This document shows positions 60,281 to 64,000 of a stretch of 64,000 nt of DNA, in pieces. The number at the start of each line of letters is the position of its first letter. Position 1 is the first letter of the stretch. The notes beneath the pieces were generated by a model that searched no databases, was not told the origin of the DNA, and saw only the letters and a list, made by a program, of their open reading frames with translations. This DNA is from the human T2T-CHM13v2.0 reference genome, Homo sapiens. A program made the translations under genes and the position numbers. The stretch lies in NCBI RefSeq assembly GCF_009914755.1, contig NC_060932.1. One strand, written 5' to 3'.

Positions 60281-62990
60281 GCTGTCTTCCCCTTTTCAGC
60301 GAATGGTTACTAAAAGTACCCCCATAATCACATTGGAAGTTTGATCATTTTTTAAAAATTTTGTTATATTTAACATAGGTCCTCTTTTGGTTTGGAAAAA
60401 ACCAAACCACTCAAGGATTAACCATTCATTAACTACTAATTGGGCTAGATAAAAAGTTTACAAGAGGTGCGCCCTGATAAAACATCCTTTCTACCAATGC
60501 TCAAAAGTCGCCCACCAAAAATCCCTTCCATGAGTTTGAAGTTGGTCCTCTCCATGAGGTCCTTTTAAAATGCAAGTATCCCTAAGAAGGGCAATAAAAG
60601 AAGACATTAGTACCTTAGTATGAATGAGGTTTCCAAATCATTCCTTCATTATCAGGAAAAAAACAAAGTAAGGACATGAGAAAAAAATAGTATTGAAAGT
60701 TGAGGGAGGGTGGTCATGGGAGTGAAGGAAAAGAAGGAGAGACAGGTGCCCTGAAAAGAATGGAAGGTGACCACTTGGGGAGGCAGTCAGGAAAGTCAAA
60801 AATAAACTTGGCCTACTTCACAGTTTTGCCTCGAGCTGGCCTGCAGGCATTCATCAGTACCACACAGGATGACAGTTTTGGTGAAATGTTTTAAATCAGG
60901 TAAGGGCTAAATTGTTATTTCTAGCAATATTAACCTCATCACCTTTAGAAATGAAAACTGTACCAACAAGCACGAGGCCAAGGAGATCTGGGATTCTACT
61001 TGAGGAAGACAACACTGGCAGCGCTTGTCAGTCTCAGTCTAGAACCGTATTAATGAACATCATCCGAAGACCAGCTTCTATAAACCATGGCCACCTTAAT
61101 CAGAGCATCTGAAACGAGGTGCCCCACTGAGCTGTTTCCTCCTTTAATCACTCACTGATGAATAACAGAATGTTCGCTAGATTACATTACTTTTGCAAAG
61201 ACCTCTCTTCTTTTAAGCTCTTTCAGCAGGCTCTCAAATTCCATATTTTCCTAAAACAAGATGGCTACCATTACTGATGCCTACCTCATATTAGATTTAC
61301 ACACTTTTATTAAAAGTAATGGAAATGTACAATGAAATTGGACTTGTCTCTCAATTCCGGTAAAAGGCTAGAAAGCACAAGTGAAGTATTTGCTTAAAGA
61401 ACGCATCTGCAATGCAGGGGCCCTCAGAATCTAAATGCTTCCATGCTCCTGAAAGTTCCTGGCTGCTGAGGCAGATACCCAGGCCGCCACTGGCCACTGC
61501 CTTGAGAATCTCATCCAGTCGCATCAAAGAGGGGACAAAGGGAACCATTGCTGCACCTAAGTGTGGTTGCACAGGACTAAGATTTACTGGAGCCTGACTA
61601 AAAACAAAAAGATTGGGTCTCCTTCAAGGAGGAATGGGTTAAAGTCTGTTAAACTACTGACCCAGGGTCAAAGGTTTCCCCTAGTTGTTCTGTCTCAGGC
61701 ATGGAACCATGATCTTTGGGTTTGGGCAAACTTTAGACCATCTTTTCATCCCTTGGTGCTTCAAATTGTACCATAAATGCATAATTCACAGGCCAGTAAA
61801 GCTGTTAACTAATGAGTTAAATCCTCTACAGTTTTAACACAAATTGATATTAAAAAAAAAGGAAGCAGAGTTTTAAAAATAAGTACAATTCAAAATGAAA
61901 TGAAGATAAAAGGGCTTCTCCTCCTCCTTTTTCATGAGCTGATACCCCAGCCAAGGACAAAGTAATGTTTATAGATTTTAAAGGATAAAAAATAAAATCT
62001 CTGTATAGCTTTCTCCCCAAATGAAACTCAAAAATAGATGCTGCTTCCCTAATCCTTCTGATTTGAAAATTATTTGGCATTTTTAGAAATTAATTTTTCC
62101 AGGCAATTAAATTAGCCAGTAATTTGACATCACCATCTTATTTCATTATAGAGAACACATGCTGAAATGACACACAACCTCATTTTCATGTATTATTTTT
62201 GCAAATTTAGTACTCATAAATAGGTGTTGGATCGACAGTGCCAGCAACTAGAATCTTCCCTGCTGGCTAGACGGGAGCCTGAGGAGTGGTTATGTGAGCT
62301 GGAGCCCAGGCCTGTCCCAGCTGAGATTACCAGCTGGGAGAGCAAAACCAAGTCCCACAACGTACAGTCCTTTTTTCTCTGCTCCAGAATGCTAGTTGGC
62401 CCACCCAATTGAACATGATAAATGGTGGCACCACTGGATGGAATCCACCCCCTCACTTCCCAATGGCCACCTGGTATTTTCATGATGGCTCTGTCCAAAT
62501 AATTTTTAAATACTTTCCAAGTCATCCAACTCAGTGCTCCAACCCTTTTAGACAAAGAGGACTCTCTGAGAACCTGGAAATTCACTTGGGAAGGGAGAGA
62601 ATACACACACTTAGCTAGGGCAAAGATGAGAGAGTTTTTAGTTCTCTGTAGCTAAGGGTATATTGTTAAATTCTACCAAGGAAAGAATGAGGTTGAAGAT
62701 GTCTTTTGGCTCCATATGTTCCCAGGAAGAAGGGAAGGCACCAAGCATTCCCCCTATTTTATAGACAGGTATGGAAAAGCACAGAAAGGAAAAGCAGTGA
62801 CTTCAAGACTGTATGCTAAGAGAAACAAGCAAGGTCAAGATGAACATTCAGAATTCGTCGGAAATCATTTTTCATTAATCATTTATTAAAGATTAATATT
62901 TTATTAATCATTTTCAATCATATTAATCATTTTTAAATTTGAACATGTTGAAAAGTGTTCAAAGGGGACTCTGTTAAAAATTACACAAAA

Positions 62991-63269
62991 GACCAGGTAC
63001 ACTGGCTCACACCTGTAATTCCAACCCTGTGGAAGGCCAAGGCAGGAGGATTGCTTGAGGCCAGGAGTTCCAGGCCAGCCTGGGCAACAGAGTGAGACCA
63101 TGTATCTACAAAAAAAAATTATTTAATTAGCCATGCATGGTGGCTTGTGACTGCAGTCCCAACTACTCAGGAGACTGAGGCAAGAGGATCGCTTAAGCTC
63201 ACGAGTTGGAGGCTAGAGTGATCCATGATTGGCCACTGTGCTCCACTCTGGGTAACAGAGCAAGACTCT
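62991..63269 (+). mobile_element. AluJ-type without a normal poly-A tail
   Basis: Diverged Alu dimer ending at gagcaagactct, followed by rearranged sequence. Confidence 0.9.
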
Positions 63270-64000
63270 AGTATGTTCACATGCCTGTTGGCCTACTGTA
63301 ATTATTTACACATTTTTATTTTTTGTTGGCCTATTGTAATTATTTTATTATTTTATCTATTTATAAATTATTTATTCATTTATATAGTATGCATTTTAAA
63401 TAAAAATAATGTATAAATAAAATAATTACAGTAGGCCAACAGAAATGTGATCCAGAACTGTCCAGGGTGAACAGGAACATGTACTCACCCTGTCTACATG
63501 GGGATTTTGCGAAGTGGCCAGGCAGTCATTAGGTAAGGAGCTATTACAAATCACTTCACCTTCTGGCTCATGCCCAACCTGCCCTGCTCACTCCTTTTCA
63601 CAGACTTTGCTAATCTCCCCCCTACACTTCATGTCTAGATATCCTCCCCAATCAGCCCTTCATCTATGCAAGTTTTATGCTCTATTTCAAACCCAAGTGA
63701 ATGTGCATCTCTCCCACAGGGCTCTTTCTGCCAACTCCAAATCATTCTACTTTTCCCACTTTCTGAATTTTCTTAGTATCTATTGTACATATCAAATAAC
63801 ATAGCTTTGAACTATAGAATGAGGCTTTGGGGTTTTTTTTTCCTCTACTTATTCTATAAGTATTGGGGGTTCTTTTCCCAATTAGGCTTGAAACTTATGA
63901 AAGTCTGAGATATTTCTTGTACTTCTTTCCCATCCTCTTCTTTCCCATCACACCTTATTCAGGATGTTAGAACAGAAAAACAAACAAACTTCACAGAGAC

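Overview
Primate (most likely human) genomic DNA from inside EBF2 (COE2, early B-cell factor 2; 8p21.2 in human), transcribed on the minus strand. Only two short coding exons are present: 19532-19451 (82 nt, [28 protein letters not shown]) and 854-737 (118 nt, [39 protein letters not shown]). They encode the C-terminal part of the COE DNA-binding domain. The rest is intron: an 18.6 kb intron between the two exons and more than 44 kb of the large upstream intron. It carries 12 Alus, L1/L2/MIR fragments, Tigger/hAT MITEs, MLT2 and THE1 solo LTRs and microsatellites. I found no evidence for a new multi-gene system, and the other ORFs look spurious. The best unexplained signals are: (1) a ~50 bp inverted repeat (41195-41570) lying inside a 1.86 kb interval bounded by an exact 29 bp direct repeat; (2) a BC200-derived retrocopy head-to-head with an AluY; (3) an inverted and tandem templated duplication in place of an Alu tail at 63.3 kb; (4) a possible relic of the EBF1/EBF3 alternative 5' splice extension; (5) several non-repeat CpG-retaining or homeodomain-motif-dense enhancer candidates. 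Repeat subfamily names and exon numbers come from recalled consensus sequences, not database searches.
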